DNA of 63,360 nucleotides, the filler included. It is 6 parts of 6 records of this genome, joined end to end, with 100 filler letters (N's around TTAATTAATTAA, not from the genome) between each part and the next. Parts side by side here need not be neighbours in the genome. Positions count along the whole stretch, not along the records: positions 48,120 to 57,171 come from SRR20825010_757; positions 57,272 to 63,360 come from SRR20825010_759; 4 more parts are not named here. One strand, given 5' to 3'. This document shows positions 50,990 through 61,191 of the stretch, piece by piece (the stretch's first letter is position 1; each line of letters starts with the position of its first letter). The notes beneath the pieces were generated by a model, which saw only the letters and a list, made by a program, of their open reading frames with translations, did no database searches and was not told the origin of the DNA. The position numbers and the translations under genes are program-made.

Positions 50990-51017
50990 AAAAGCAGAAG
51001 ATTTCTCTTCTGCTTTT
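50990..51017 (-). terminator. Intrinsic terminator
   Basis: AAAAGCAGAAG-N6-CTTCTGCTTTT. Confidence 0.8.
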
Positions 51018-51038
51018 AAAAAATATTTATTTCTTAAT

Positions 51039-51686
51039 TTAAAATGAATACCCAAGCGACAATTGAATTACACTGTTACGTTGTGAGAAATCTTCAATAT
51101 CAATATCACCAATTTCTGTTTCAATATCTTCATTGATATCTGAAAATCCTCCCACATATCTAGCAGAAACAAATAATCCCATAAGTGTTCTATAAGAAAC
51201 ACCTACTCCATACCCTAAATCCAAAGACTTAAAGGCATCTTTTACATCATCTTCTCCAGATTCTGACTCACCACCACCTGAAATATCATAATCAGCTTTT
51301 GCAGAAACCAAAATCCCAATTTGTGGTCCAGCTTCCAAACTTAAACCTTCAGCAACATAAAATTTTGCCATAATTGGAATATTTATGTAATCTAGTTTAA
51401 GTGATTCATCAATACTGATAACAGTTCCAGCAAAACTTTCTGAATATTCTGATTTTGCTCCTTGTGATGAATAAAGTAATTCAGGTTGTACTGCAAATTT
51501 TTCTGAAATAGGTATTTCAACCAAACCACCAATATGGAAACTTGTTCTTCCATCTATGCCATCAGTGGCATCTCCTGCAATTGAGGCAAAGTTAGCACCG
51601 ATTTTGGCTCCCATACGAAGTTCTTGTGCTTGTGTAGCTGTAAAAGCAAAAACTGTAAAAACAGTAAATAATAAAACTTTTTTCAT
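51039..51686 (-). CDS. PorT-like / OMP beta-barrel porin family protein
   Basis: Signal peptide, GAKIGANF, QPELLYSSQG, LEAGPQ, C-terminal LGYSF. Confidence 0.88.
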   Translation of the reverse strand: MKKVLLFTVFTVFAFTATQAQELRMGAKIGANFASIAGDATDGIDGRTSFHIGGLVEIPISEKFAVQPELLYSSQGAKSEYSESFAGTVISIDESLKLDYINIPIMAKFYVAEGLSLEAGPQIGILVSAKADYDISGGGESESGEDDVKDAFKSLDLGYGVGVSYRTLMGLFVSARYVGGFSDINEDIETEIGDIDIEDFSQRNSVIQLSLGYSF

Positions 51687-51772
51687 AATTTAAAATGTTA
51701 AGATTAGTAAATTAAAATTAACTTAAAATATTTGAATTTCATAAAAAAAGTTACGGCAATTAGGAATAAACT

Positions 51773-51802
51773 AAAAATCCACCCTCTTCAAGGTGGATTT
51801 TT
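51773..51802 (-). terminator. Intrinsic terminator
   Basis: AAAAATCCACC-N8-GGTGGATTTTT. Confidence 0.8.
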
Positions 51803-51822
51803 AATAATATAAATTTTATAGC

Positions 51823-52368
51823 TTATAGAAAAGAATAGCCTAATGCTATGGAAACTACATTGTTTTTACTATCACTTTCTTTTACAACCTCATTAAAGCC
51901 AAAGTTATAGCGTGCATCCAAACGTACACCAAAAGGAAAATCATATCCAGCACCTACAACTGCAGATATATCACTTTTTTCAGCATTATCTTTTATTCTT
52001 ACATCACCAATCTCAGCATAAATATCATCATCCAAAATAAAACCAAACTGTGGCCCAGCCTGAATATTTAATCCTTGCACTAAATAATATTTTAATACAA
52101 TAGGAACATTCACATAATTCAAATCAAACTTTCCAGCATCAAACTTTGCGCCTTGTTGCGAATACAATACATCTGCCTGGATACCTACATTATCTGTAAA
52201 CTTTATTCCTGCAAAAATTCCTGCTTGAAAACCAGTTTTGTTAGAAAGATCATCTGCATCCGAAATACTTGCAAAGTTTGCTCCTGCTTTTATACCAAGG
52301 TCAATTTCCTGTGCAAAAGCGGTAGTTCCAATAAAGACAGTAAATACTGCTACAATCAATTTTTTCAT
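51823..52368 (-). CDS. PorT-like / OMP beta-barrel porin family protein
   Basis: GIKAGANF, LYSQQG, QAGPQ, DARYNFG, LGYSFL. Confidence 0.88.
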   Translation of the reverse strand: MKKLIVAVFTVFIGTTAFAQEIDLGIKAGANFASISDADDLSNKTGFQAGIFAGIKFTDNVGIQADVLYSQQGAKFDAGKFDLNYVNVPIVLKYYLVQGLNIQAGPQFGFILDDDIYAEIGDVRIKDNAEKSDISAVVGAGYDFPFGVRLDARYNFGFNEVVKESDSKNNVVSIALGYSFL

Positions 52369-52399
52369 AATAATCGTTTTTTGAGTTTTTATGTTAACG

Positions 52400-52407
52400 C
52401 AAAGATA
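52400..52407 (-). promoter_or_regulatory. Bacteroidetes -7 promoter element
   Basis: TATCTTTG (TAnnTTTG) about 30 nt upstream of the porin ATG. Confidence 0.6.
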
Positions 52408-52477
52408 CTTTTAATGTTTTGCTTTAAAATACATTTAGTTTTTTGTTAACTATTGTTTTTAATAGTAATATAGCGGA

Positions 52478-53374
52478 ATGAAGTGGAATCAAACTTTAAA
52501 GGATTATCAAAATTACCTTCGGTTAGAACGTGGATTGTCAGAGAATTCTATAATAAATTATTCCTTAGATGTAACTAAATTAATCCGTTGGTTAATAACT
52601 AATGAAATAACTGTTTCACCTAAAACTATTTCAGAAGAAACGCTACAACAATTTATATATGAAATTGCAAAGCAGGTAAACCCACGTTCTCAAAGCAGAA
52701 TTATATCTGGATTAAAAGGCTTTTTTAATTACCTAATTTTTGAAGACTACCGAAAAACAAACCCTTTAGAGCTAATTGAAGCCCCAAAATTAGGAAGAAA
52801 ATTACCAGACACTCTAGCTATTGAAGAAATTGACTCACTTATTAGTGCCATTGATTTAAGTTCAAAACAAGGCGAAAGAAATCGCGCAATCCTAGAAACC
52901 CTATACGGCTGTGGCCTTCGCGTTTCTGAATTAACGAGTCTTAAAATCTCTGATCTTTTTTTTGAAGAGGGTTTTATTAAAATTACTGGTAAAGGAGATA
53001 AACAACGACTTGTACCTATTGGTCCCACCACCGAAAAATACATAACCATCTATAGGAAAGAAATTCGTGTACATCAACAAATTAGCCCAATGGCAAAGGA
53101 TACACTTTTTCTAAACCAACACGGAAAACCATTAACCCGAGCAATGATTTTTACAATTGTAAAGCGACTAGTTGAAAAAGCAGGAATTCATAAAACAATT
53201 AGTCCACATACTTTTAGGCATTCATTTGCTACTCACCTATTAGAAAACGGCGCCGATTTACGCGCTATTCAGCAAATGTTAGGTCATGAAAGCATTACAA
53301 CCACTGAAATTTACACGCATATAGATCGAAAACACTTAACAGAAGTTATAAACAGGTTTCACCCTAGGAAGTAA
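52478..53374 (+). CDS. xerD: Tyrosine recombinase XerD
   Basis: LYGCGLRVSEL, GKGDKQR, SPHTFRHSFATHLL, LGHESITTTEIYTH. Confidence 0.9.
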   Translation: MKWNQTLKDYQNYLRLERGLSENSIINYSLDVTKLIRWLITNEITVSPKTISEETLQQFIYEIAKQVNPRSQSRIISGLKGFFNYLIFEDYRKTNPLELIEAPKLGRKLPDTLAIEEIDSLISAIDLSSKQGERNRAILETLYGCGLRVSELTSLKISDLFFEEGFIKITGKGDKQRLVPIGPTTEKYITIYRKEIRVHQQISPMAKDTLFLNQHGKPLTRAMIFTIVKRLVEKAGIHKTISPHTFRHSFATHLLENGADLRAIQQMLGHESITTTEIYTHIDRKHLTEVINRFHPRK

Positions 53375-53377
53375 ATT

Positions 53378-53473
53378 CCCTAACCCCAAAGGGGAATTGT
53401 TATGAAATAAAAAAAGCTCCAAATGGAGCTTTTTTTATTGAATTCGAGTAAGTTCTCCTTTGGGGTTGGAGGG
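53378..53473. repeat. REPIN/MITE-like element, copy 2, with embedded bidirectional terminator
   Basis: Arms CCCTAACCCCAAAGGGGAA / TTCTCCTTTGGGGTTGGAGGG around AATAAAAAAAGCTCC-N4-GGAGCTTTTTTTATT. Confidence 0.8.
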
Positions 53474-53474
53474 T

Positions 53475-55040
53475 TTACTTCGCTATATTAACCGCTCTCG
53501 TTTCGCGAATAACGGTAACTTTCACTTGTCCGGGATAGGTCATATCCGTTTGTATTTTTTGTGAAATTTCAAAAGAAAGTTGCGCTGCTTTTTCATCACT
53601 AACTTTCTCACTTTCAACCATCACACGAAGTTCACGTCCAGCTTGAATGGCGTATGCTTTGTTTACACCTCCAAACCCGAATGCAATATCTTCTAAATCT
53701 TTCAAACGTTGAATGTAAGAATCTAAAACTTGGCGTCTTGCTCCAGGTCTTGCGCCGCTAATTGCATCACATACTTGAACAATTGGCGACAATAACCCTG
53801 TCATTTCAATCTCGTCGTGGTGTGCCCCTATAGCATTGCATACTTCTGGTTTTTCACCATACTTTTCAGCCCATTGCATTCCCAATAATGCGTGTGGCAT
53901 TTCAGTTTCGGTTTCGGGTACTTTTCCAATATCATGAAGCAATCCTGCACGTTTGGCAAGTTTTGCATTCAAACCTAACTCAGCTGCCATTACTCCACAC
54001 AATTTTGCTACTTCACGCGAGTGATGTAATAAGTTTTGTCCGTATGAAGAACGGTATTTCATTCGTCCCACAGCTTTAATAAGCTCAGGATGCAACCCGT
54101 GAATTCCTAAATCGATTACAGTTCGTTTTCCAACTTCAATAATTTCTTCTTCAATTTGTTTGGTGGTTTTTTGAACAACTTCTTCAATTCTCGCTGGGTG
54201 AATACGGCCATCAGTAACTAATTTATGAAGCGATAAGCGTGCAATTTCTCTTCGAACCGAGTCAAAACAAGATAGAATAATTGCTTCTGGCGTATCGTCA
54301 ACAATAATCTCTACGCCTGTTGCAGCTTCAATAGCGCGAATGTTTCTACCTTCACGGCCAATAATTCTACCTTTTACATCGTCACTTTCAAGATTGAAAA
54401 CAGAAACGCAGTTTTCAACCGCTTCTTCAGTACCAATACGTTGAATTGTATTAATAATTATTTTTTTAGCCTCTTGTTGTGCAGTCATTTTTGCTTCTTC
54501 CATAGAAGTTTGAACATAAGCCATAGCTTGTGTTTTAGCTTCATCCTTTAAGCTTTCCATCAATTGCTTTTTAGCATCATCGGCTGAAAGACTGCTAATT
54601 ACCTCCAATTGTTCAATCTGACTACGGTGTAGTTTATCTACTTCGTTTTGTTTTTTATTCAGCTGCGAAACTCTTTCAGAATAATCTGCTTGTTTTGTTT
54701 CAAGTTCTGAGTTTAGTTTTTTAGATTTTGCCAATTCGCTAGAAACTTGCGATTCTTTATCACGTGTTCTTTTTTCTGCTTCAGAAATCTTTTTATCGCG
54801 ATTTAAAATTACTTTTTCGTGTTCCGATTTTAGCTCCAAAAACTTTTCTTTGGCTTGAAGTATTTTATCTTTCTTAAGTGTTTCAGCTTCAGATTTTGCC
54901 TCCTTCAATATTGATGCAGCACTCTTTTTTGCTCCTTTTATAAGTCTTGAAGCATTTTTACGCTCCAGAATTTTTGCAATAAAAAAGCCAACCCCAATAC
55001 CTACAACAACTCCTACTACTACGGGTATTATTATGTCCAT
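53475..55040 (-). CDS. rny: Ribonuclease Y
   Basis: N-terminal TM ([10 protein letters not shown]), coiled coil, KH ([12 protein letters not shown]), HD domain (LLHDIGK); ORF-track start is over-extended into the 6S RNA. Confidence 0.96.
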   Translation of the reverse strand: MDIIIPVVVGVVVGIGVGFFIAKILERKNASRLIKGAKKSAASILKEAKSEAETLKKDKILQAKEKFLELKSEHEKVILNRDKKISEAEKRTRDKESQVSSELAKSKKLNSELETKQADYSERVSQLNKKQNEVDKLHRSQIEQLEVISSLSADDAKKQLMESLKDEAKTQAMAYVQTSMEEAKMTAQQEAKKIIINTIQRIGTEEAVENCVSVFNLESDDVKGRIIGREGRNIRAIEAATGVEIIVDDTPEAIILSCFDSVRREIARLSLHKLVTDGRIHPARIEEVVQKTTKQIEEEIIEVGKRTVIDLGIHGLHPELIKAVGRMKYRSSYGQNLLHHSREVAKLCGVMAAELGLNAKLAKRAGLLHDIGKVPETETEMPHALLGMQWAEKYGEKPEVCNAIGAHHDEIEMTGLLSPIVQVCDAISGARPGARRQVLDSYIQRLKDLEDIAFGFGGVNKAYAIQAGRELRVMVESEKVSDEKAAQLSFEISQKIQTDMTYPGQVKVTVIRETRAVNIAK

Positions 55041-55061
55041 TTTTTGTTGAATTATATGTAT

Positions 55062-55232
55062 AAAAAAGCCTACATCAATAAAATTATTTTGAATAAACTC
55101 CTTAAAATGAATGTTTAGGGCTAACAAGCTGATCAAGTATCCGCTCAAAGACGGCGCGCTTTTACAACTTCAACTCACCCTTTTTAAAGAATTCGTGTTG
55201 AGTTTACCAAAAATTAATATTAATGTAGGCAG
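55062..55232 (-). ncRNA. ssrS: 6S RNA (6S-Flavo type)
   Basis: Closing stem GCCTACAT/ATGTAGGC, inner TAAACTC/GAGTTTA, 3' U-tract, about 170 nt; located between zapA and rny. Confidence 0.8.
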
Positions 55233-55256
55233 TAACCTTATTTAATTTAAAGAACG

Positions 55257-55547
55257 TTATGATAATTGCTCTTGCAGTAAACGATCCAAAGCTTTAAGTT
55301 TTGCTTCTGTTTCCTGCGTATCGCTGGATTTATCAATTTGTTTTTGCTCTACCTGAGCGGCAAACTGGAGGGCACACATTGCCAAAACATCCTGTTTGTC
55401 ACGTACGGCATAACTTTGCTCGAACTTTTTAATCATTTCTTCTATCTTTTTAGACGCCAACCGTAATCCTTCTTCCTGTGAAGGGTTTATGGTCAAGGGA
55501 TATACCCTGTCTGCAATTGATAGTTTTATTTTTAATGGTTCGGCCAT
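55257..55547 (-). CDS. zapA: Cell division protein ZapA
   Basis: IKLSIADRVYPL, EEGLRLA, DKQDVLAMCAL. Confidence 0.92.
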   Translation of the reverse strand: MAEPLKIKLSIADRVYPLTINPSQEEGLRLASKKIEEMIKKFEQSYAVRDKQDVLAMCALQFAAQVEQKQIDKSSDTQETEAKLKALDRLLQEQLS

Positions 55548-55557
55548 TGTTATATTT

Positions 55558-55848
55558 TTATTCGGAAATTTGAGTGATACATTGATCAATTTCCCGAATT
55601 AGAGCGTTTATCTTGAGTTTAGTTTCTCGTTTATGCTGGTCGCTGCCAAGCATTGAATTTGCTAATTTTAATGAGTTGCACTTTTCGACCCAAACTTCAA
55701 TTTCACTTTGGAATTGTTGTTGTTTCGATTTTAAAACTGCGAGTTCTTCTTCTAATTCCGTATTGGCTTTTTTTAAATTCTCATGCCTTGCGAGCAGTTT
55801 GCCAATTCTATTTTCAAGAGAATCAACTATTTCAGAAAGATTACTCAT
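55558..55848 (-). CDS. ZapB-like coiled-coil protein
   Basis: Coiled coil with TKLKINALIREIDQCI; upstream of zapA. Confidence 0.82.
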   Translation of the reverse strand: MSNLSEIVDSLENRIGKLLARHENLKKANTELEEELAVLKSKQQQFQSEIEVWVEKCNSLKLANSMLGSDQHKRETKLKINALIREIDQCITQISE

Positions 55849-55875
55849 TAAAATCTGTGTTCAATACTTCTTACA

Positions 55876-55906
55876 CAAAGTTAGCATACCATCCCTAATA
55901 AGCAAA
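55876..55906 (-). promoter_or_regulatory. Bacteroidetes housekeeping promoter of zapB-zapA-6S-rny
   Basis: TTTG-N19-TAACTTTG (-33/-7 consensus). Confidence 0.75.
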
Positions 55907-55998
55907 CAGTTTTACATTATTTTTTGTATTATTGAAAAATTGTACAATAAATCATTTCCACTCCCTTTATAATCCTACCATATTCTTAATTTTACAGC

Positions 55999-57171
55999 AT
56001 GAAGAATATTTTTTTAGTACTCCTTTTTATTAGTGGAATATCGTTTGGTCAAAACAATATTCCTACAGATTATTTTTCAAACCCGCTAGATATAGACCTG
56101 GTGCTATCTGGCAACTTTGGAGAAATGCGCGCCAATCATTTTCATAGTGGCCTTGATTTAAAAACACAACAAAGGGAAGGCTTGCCTGTTTATGCCCCCG
56201 CTGACGGATATGTAACCCGAATTAATGTGCAACATTTTGGGTACGGCAAGGCACTTTACATACTTCACCCAAATGGCTACACCACTGTTTACGCTCACTT
56301 ACGAAGTTTTGCAGGCGATATTGAAAAATATGTTAAAGATACACAGTACCAAAAAGAGACTTTTGAAATTGAACTTTTTCCAGAGAAAACAGTATTAGCT
56401 GTAAAAAAAGGCGATATCATCGCTTATACAGGAAATACTGGCGGAAGCGGTGGCCCACATTTGCATTTTGAAATACGTGATTCTTCACAAAGGCCAATGA
56501 ATCCGCTACTTTTCGGGATAGAAATCCCAGATTCAAAAGAACCAATTGTCAGTGCTATTTTTGCGTATCCAATAAGTGAGGATGCACATGTAAATCAAAG
56601 TCAAAATAGAACAAAATTAAGGTTGATTAAACAAAAAGATGGTAATTACAAAACTGAAAATTTAAGTGCATTTGGGAAAATTGGCTTCGGAATTACAACT
56701 TACGATCAGCAAGATGGTGCATCAAATAAAAATGGCTCCTACAAAATTGAAACACGTTTTAATGGTTCTGAAAAGTTTGAAGTACTTTTTAATAAATTTT
56801 CTTTTTCAGAAACGCGCTATTTAAACCGGTATACAGATTATAATTATTACGAAACCAACAAAAGTATGGTTCAAAAGCTTTTTCGAGAAGAAAACAATCC
56901 ATTAAGCATAATTACAAAGGAAGATGACAACGGTTTTATAACTATTACAGACAGTCTTCAATCCGTTTATACTATTGAAGTGAATGATTTTAAAGGCAAC
57001 AGAATGTATGTTTCTGTTCCTATTGAAGGCAAAAATTTAGAGATTTTAGAGCCAAAAAATATTGAAAAAACAGCAGATTATATATATGCAGATCACGCCA
57101 CATCAATAACCAAAGGTAAATTCAGCATTTATATTCCTGCAAATAGCCTTTATGAAAACACCTACTTAGAC
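55999..57171 (+). CDS. M23 family metallopeptidase (3'-partial)
   Basis: HFHSGLD, VYAHL, GNTGGSGGPHLHFEIR. Confidence 0.92.
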
Positions 57172-57271
57172 NNNNNNNNNNNNNNNNNNNNNNNNNNNNN
57201 NNNNNNNNNNNNNNNTTAATTAATTAANNNNNNNNNNNNNNNNNNNNNNNNNNNNNNNNNNNNNNNNNNNN
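57172..57271. other. Artificial contig linker
   Basis: 44 N + TTAATTAATTAA + 44 N. Confidence 0.98.
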
Positions 57272-57272
57272 G

Positions 57273-57533
57273 TATTTTAACCGTATTACATATAGGGCCG
57301 GCCTTAGGTATGATGTAACCGGAATGACCATCAACAATAAAGAGATAAACAACTTTGGCATAACTTTTGGATTAGGTTTACCGTTGGGCGCAGATTTCTC
57401 TAACCTAAATGTAGGTTTTGAATTGGGAAGACGCGGAACAACAGATGCAAACCTTATAGAGGAAAGTTATTTTAAAGTCAATATAGGCTTATCGTTAAAT
57501 GATAGATGGTTTCAACAAAGAAAAATTAATTAA
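57273..57533 (+). CDS. Outer membrane beta-barrel protein, C-terminal part (5'-partial)
   Basis: Open frame from contig start YFNRITYRAGLRY...FGLGLP...NDRWFQQRKIN with amphipathic beta-strands. Confidence 0.8.
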   Translation, partial: YFNRITYRAGLRYDVTGMTINNKEINNFGITFGLGLPLGADFSNLNVGFELGRRGTTDANLIEESYFKVNIGLSLNDRWFQQRKIN

Positions 57534-57635
57534 TAAGCCTTTTTTTTAAAAAATCATAAATAACCACCCATATAAGGCCCTGGAAAGGGATTTTTTAATG
57601 AAAATTTGTACTTTAACAGCTTTAAAATTAGAAAG

Positions 57636-59006
57636 ATGAAAAAGAGACACTACTTAACAATGATAATGGTCACCATGTTGACGGGATTAAGTATGGCCCA
57701 AGCACAGAACCCCGAGTGTATGACCAATCTGTCTATTTACGCAGAACACGTAAAGGTGAAAAACTATGATGCAGCTTATGAGCCATGGAAAATGGTTTAC
57801 GAAAGTTGCCCGGACATCAACAAGGCGAATTTCTCCTATGGAGAAAGAATCTTGAAAGCAAAGGTTGAGAATTCTACCGGAGCTGAAAAAGATGCTTACG
57901 TTCAGGATTTATTGTCCTTGTACGATAATAGTCTTAAGTATTTCCCGACCAATTACACCAAAGCAGGTGTGGCCATCGACAAAGCATTGTTGATGTACGA
58001 GAACAAAATGGCTTCCGATGAAGAATTGTTCACCATGTTGGACAAAGCCTTCCAAGAAGATCAGGAAAACTTTACCAACCCAAGGGCCTTGTACCTTTAT
58101 TTCTCCAGCTTGGTAGATTTGCACGATGCTGGTAAAAGAGACCTTCAGGATGTTTTCAATACATACGATGATGTAACCGGTAAACTTGAAGAAGAAAACA
58201 AGAAATTGACCGATATAGTTACAAAATTGTTGCCAAAAGATTCTTTGGGCACGTTAACTTCCAAAGAAAAAAGAACCCTTAAGGTGGCCACAGTAAATTC
58301 AGAATCTTTCGGTAAAGTAGCTAGTAGTGTAGATTCCAAGTTGGGTGCGCTTGCCGATTGTGACAACCTTATTCCATTATACGAAAAGAGCTTTGATGAA
58401 AAGAAAGATGATGTAAAATGGGTGAAGAGAGCTGTAGGTAGAATGTTCTCCAAAGAGTGTACCGACGACCCTATGTTTAAAAAACTGTTCGAAGCCCAGT
58501 TGGCTTTGGACCCATCTGCCGATGCATACATGTACGGTGGTGTACTTAAACAAAAGTCAGGAGATATGAACGGTGCACTTGCTGATTTCAACAAAGCAGT
58601 GGAATTGGAAACAGATTCTTATAAGAAATCCGATATCCTTTATAAAATTGCGACCACAGTTAGAAACAGCAGCAAATCTCAAGCAAGAAGCTATGCGCTA
58701 AAAGCTATAGATGCAAATCCAGCAAACGGTAAGGCTTACCTGTTAATTGCCAATCTGTATGCATCTAGTGCCAATGCCTGTGGCGATACTCCTTTTGAAA
58801 AAAGAGCCATATATTGGAAAGCGGCCAGCATGGCAAGAAAAGCAGGTACTGTAGATCCAGCTTTGAGTAGCCGAGCTAGTCAAACAGCAGCAAGTTATGA
58901 TGCCAAAGCACCATCTAAAGAAATGATCTTTAGTTCAGGAAAAGCAGGTCAGACCATTACTTTCAGCTGTTGGGTAGGAGGTAGTGTTGCCGTACCTAGT
59001 CTATAA
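57636..59006 (+). CDS. Exported tetratricopeptide-repeat protein
   Basis: Signal peptide, helical TPR-like repeats, conserved Cys residues; upstream of lptC. Confidence 0.82.
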   Translation: MKKRHYLTMIMVTMLTGLSMAQAQNPECMTNLSIYAEHVKVKNYDAAYEPWKMVYESCPDINKANFSYGERILKAKVENSTGAEKDAYVQDLLSLYDNSLKYFPTNYTKAGVAIDKALLMYENKMASDEELFTMLDKAFQEDQENFTNPRALYLYFSSLVDLHDAGKRDLQDVFNTYDDVTGKLEEENKKLTDIVTKLLPKDSLGTLTSKEKRTLKVATVNSESFGKVASSVDSKLGALADCDNLIPLYEKSFDEKKDDVKWVKRAVGRMFSKECTDDPMFKKLFEAQLALDPSADAYMYGGVLKQKSGDMNGALADFNKAVELETDSYKKSDILYKIATTVRNSSKSQARSYALKAIDANPANGKAYLLIANLYASSANACGDTPFEKRAIYWKAASMARKAGTVDPALSSRASQTAASYDAKAPSKEMIFSSGKAGQTITFSCWVGGSVAVPSL

Positions 59007-59007
59007 G

Positions 59008-59610
59008 GTGAAACAGAAATCAAAACATAGTTTAAAGAGCTTTGCCACGGTATTCACCGTGGCAATCCTTTTTATGTCCTGTGGTGATGGTTATGAAAGG
59101 GTGGGCGAGGAAGCAGTTAAACCCCTCTTCCCGCAAGGTGTGGCCCAAAACTTTACTTTGACCTATACCGAGACCGTCGAGGCGATGAGTACACAGGACT
59201 CGGCCAATTCCAGGGTAGTTGCCGTATTAACAAGTCCATTGTCTGAGGATTTTGATAACCAAGCCTTCAAGTTTCGTACCTTTCCAGAAGGCTTACAGGT
59301 GGACTTTTACGATGAAAAAAGTCAAAAAAGTGTAATCGTTGCCGATTATGGTATTGTATATTCACAGACTAATTTGATAGATTTGAGGGGGAATGTCATA
59401 ATCAAAAGTCATGATGGTAAAAAATTGGAAACCGACCAGTTGTACTACGATAGAAAAAACAATTGGATATTTACCGAAGCTGCCTTTACATATACAAACC
59501 CCGAGGACGGAACGGTAATGGATGGTGAGGGCATGGACTTTAATAAAGATTTCACCTTTTTTAAGGCCCATAAAACTTATGGCTTAATGACAATAAAAGA
59601 AGAAGAATAG
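59008..59610 (+). CDS. lptC: LPS export periplasmic protein LptC
   Basis: GTG start, lipobox FMSC, FPEGLQVDFY, DLRGNV, LETDQLYYD. Confidence 0.85.
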   Translation: MKQKSKHSLKSFATVFTVAILFMSCGDGYERVGEEAVKPLFPQGVAQNFTLTYTETVEAMSTQDSANSRVVAVLTSPLSEDFDNQAFKFRTFPEGLQVDFYDEKSQKSVIVADYGIVYSQTNLIDLRGNVIIKSHDGKKLETDQLYYDRKNNWIFTEAAFTYTNPEDGTVMDGEGMDFNKDFTFFKAHKTYGLMTIKEEE

Positions 59611-59611
59611 G

Positions 59612-59815
59612 ATGATCAAAGTTTTAAGATATACAGAATACCTTTATTTGGCGGTAGCCGCCATTTCCATTTACAAGATTGCAACACTTTGGAGCGTTGA
59701 TCCAAAGGAAACCTACATATTTATCTTCTTTGCCGTGGTGTCCATAGGCATGTTCATTTTTAGGAGAAGATATCGGAAACGTTTTGAACAGCGAAACAAG
59801 GATAATCAACAATAG
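59612..59815 (+). CDS. Small two-TM membrane protein
   Basis: 67 aa, two hydrophobic helices, basic tail FRRRYRKRF; fills the lptC-hemolysin gap. Confidence 0.75.
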   Translation: MIKVLRYTEYLYLAVAAISIYKIATLWSVDPKETYIFIFFAVVSIGMFIFRRRYRKRFEQRNKDNQQ

Positions 59816-59817
59816 CA

Positions 59818-61107
59818 TTGGATTCTTCCGTAATCATCATCGTTCTTTCTCTGCTGTTTTCGGCATTTTTTTCGGGAATGGAGATAGCCTTCGTTTCCGC
59901 CAATAAAATCCATATTGAGATTGAAAAAAAGCAAGAAGGCTTCTTGGCCAAGGTACTCACCTTGCTTACCGATAAACCTTCAAAATTTATTGCCACCATG
60001 CTTATTGGAAACAATATTGCATTGGTAATTTATGGGCTTTTTATGGGGGATATGCTCATGGAGTGGTTCCAGAGCCTGCTTCCCTCCAATATTCAACTTG
60101 TCAATCTACTGTTGACGGACTTTAGCTTATTGTCGCAAACCATTATTTCCACACTTGTTATTTTATTGACGGCCGAGTTTTTGCCAAAAGTGTTTTTCCA
60201 GATATACGCCAACGTGCTGATCAAGGTGTTTGCCGTCCCGGCCTATGTTTTTTATCTGCTGTTCTCGGTAATTTCTTGGTTCGTTATCAAAGTGTCCGAC
60301 TTTATATTAAGGATATTCTTCAAAACAGAAGGGGATGAAGTTCAACTGTCCTTTACCAAATTGGAATTGGGGGATTACATCACCGAACAAATGGAGACCG
60401 TAGAGGAGGAGGATGACGTAGATTCCGAAATACAGATTTTTCAGAATGCACTTCAATTTTCCACGGTAAAGGCAAGGGAAGTAATGGTTCCCCGAACCGA
60501 AATTACAGCGGTAGAACTTAACGAAACACCTAAAAACCTGACCAAACTCTTTACGGAAACCGGCTACTCAAAAATTTTGATATTCAAGGATAGCATCGAT
60601 GAGATTATTGGTTATGTGCACTCCTACGAACTGTTCAAAAAACCAAAGACCATTAAAAGTATATTGCTTCCGGTTGAGTTTGTTCCCGAAACCATGCTTA
60701 TCCAGGATATTTTGAATGTATTGACCAAAAAACGCAAAAGTATGGCGGTGGTTTTGGATGAATACGGAGGCACTTCAGGTATTTTGACGGTCGAGGACAT
60801 TATCGAGGAACTTTTTGGAGAAATCGAGGACGAGCACGATTCCACCGATTTACATGAAGAACAGTTAGGCGAGAACGAATACAAGTTCTCTGCCCGGATG
60901 GAAGTGGATTATATCAATGAAAATTATAAGCTGGAGCTTCCGGAAGGGGAAGAATATGAAACATTGGGAGGATTGATCGTAAACCAGACAGGAGAAATTC
61001 CCGAACAAGATTCAGAAGTTACCGTGGACAACTTCACCTTCAAAATTTTGGAGGTGTCCAACACCAAAATAGACTTGGTAAGTGTACGCGTTCATACTGA
61101 AGATTAA
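59818..61107 (+). CDS. CNNM/CorB (hemolysin-family, DUF21-CBS-CorC) protein
   Basis: FSAFFSGMEIAF, AEFLPK, MVPRTEI, DEYGGTSGILTVEDIIEELFGEI; TTG start. Confidence 0.92.
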   Translation: MDSSVIIIVLSLLFSAFFSGMEIAFVSANKIHIEIEKKQEGFLAKVLTLLTDKPSKFIATMLIGNNIALVIYGLFMGDMLMEWFQSLLPSNIQLVNLLLTDFSLLSQTIISTLVILLTAEFLPKVFFQIYANVLIKVFAVPAYVFYLLFSVISWFVIKVSDFILRIFFKTEGDEVQLSFTKLELGDYITEQMETVEEEDDVDSEIQIFQNALQFSTVKAREVMVPRTEITAVELNETPKNLTKLFTETGYSKILIFKDSIDEIIGYVHSYELFKKPKTIKSILLPVEFVPETMLIQDILNVLTKKRKSMAVVLDEYGGTSGILTVEDIIEELFGEIEDEHDSTDLHEEQLGENEYKFSARMEVDYINENYKLELPEGEEYETLGGLIVNQTGEIPEQDSEVTVDNFTFKILEVSNTKIDLVSVRVHTED

Positions 61108-61191
61108 TAATTTCCACTCCTTTTTTAGCTTTCCTATTTGAAAAGAAAGTGGTATTTTCGCCCACTGAATTTAAAGAAAACAAGCAGTAAA

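Noticed and set aside
49768-53473. Tyrosine recombinase plus porin array flanked by two repeats, as a possible genomic island or shufflon
   Set aside because: The recombinase looks like housekeeping XerD, aroQ is a core gene, the porins are complete co-oriented genes with terminators between them, and no att sites or invertible cassettes are visible.
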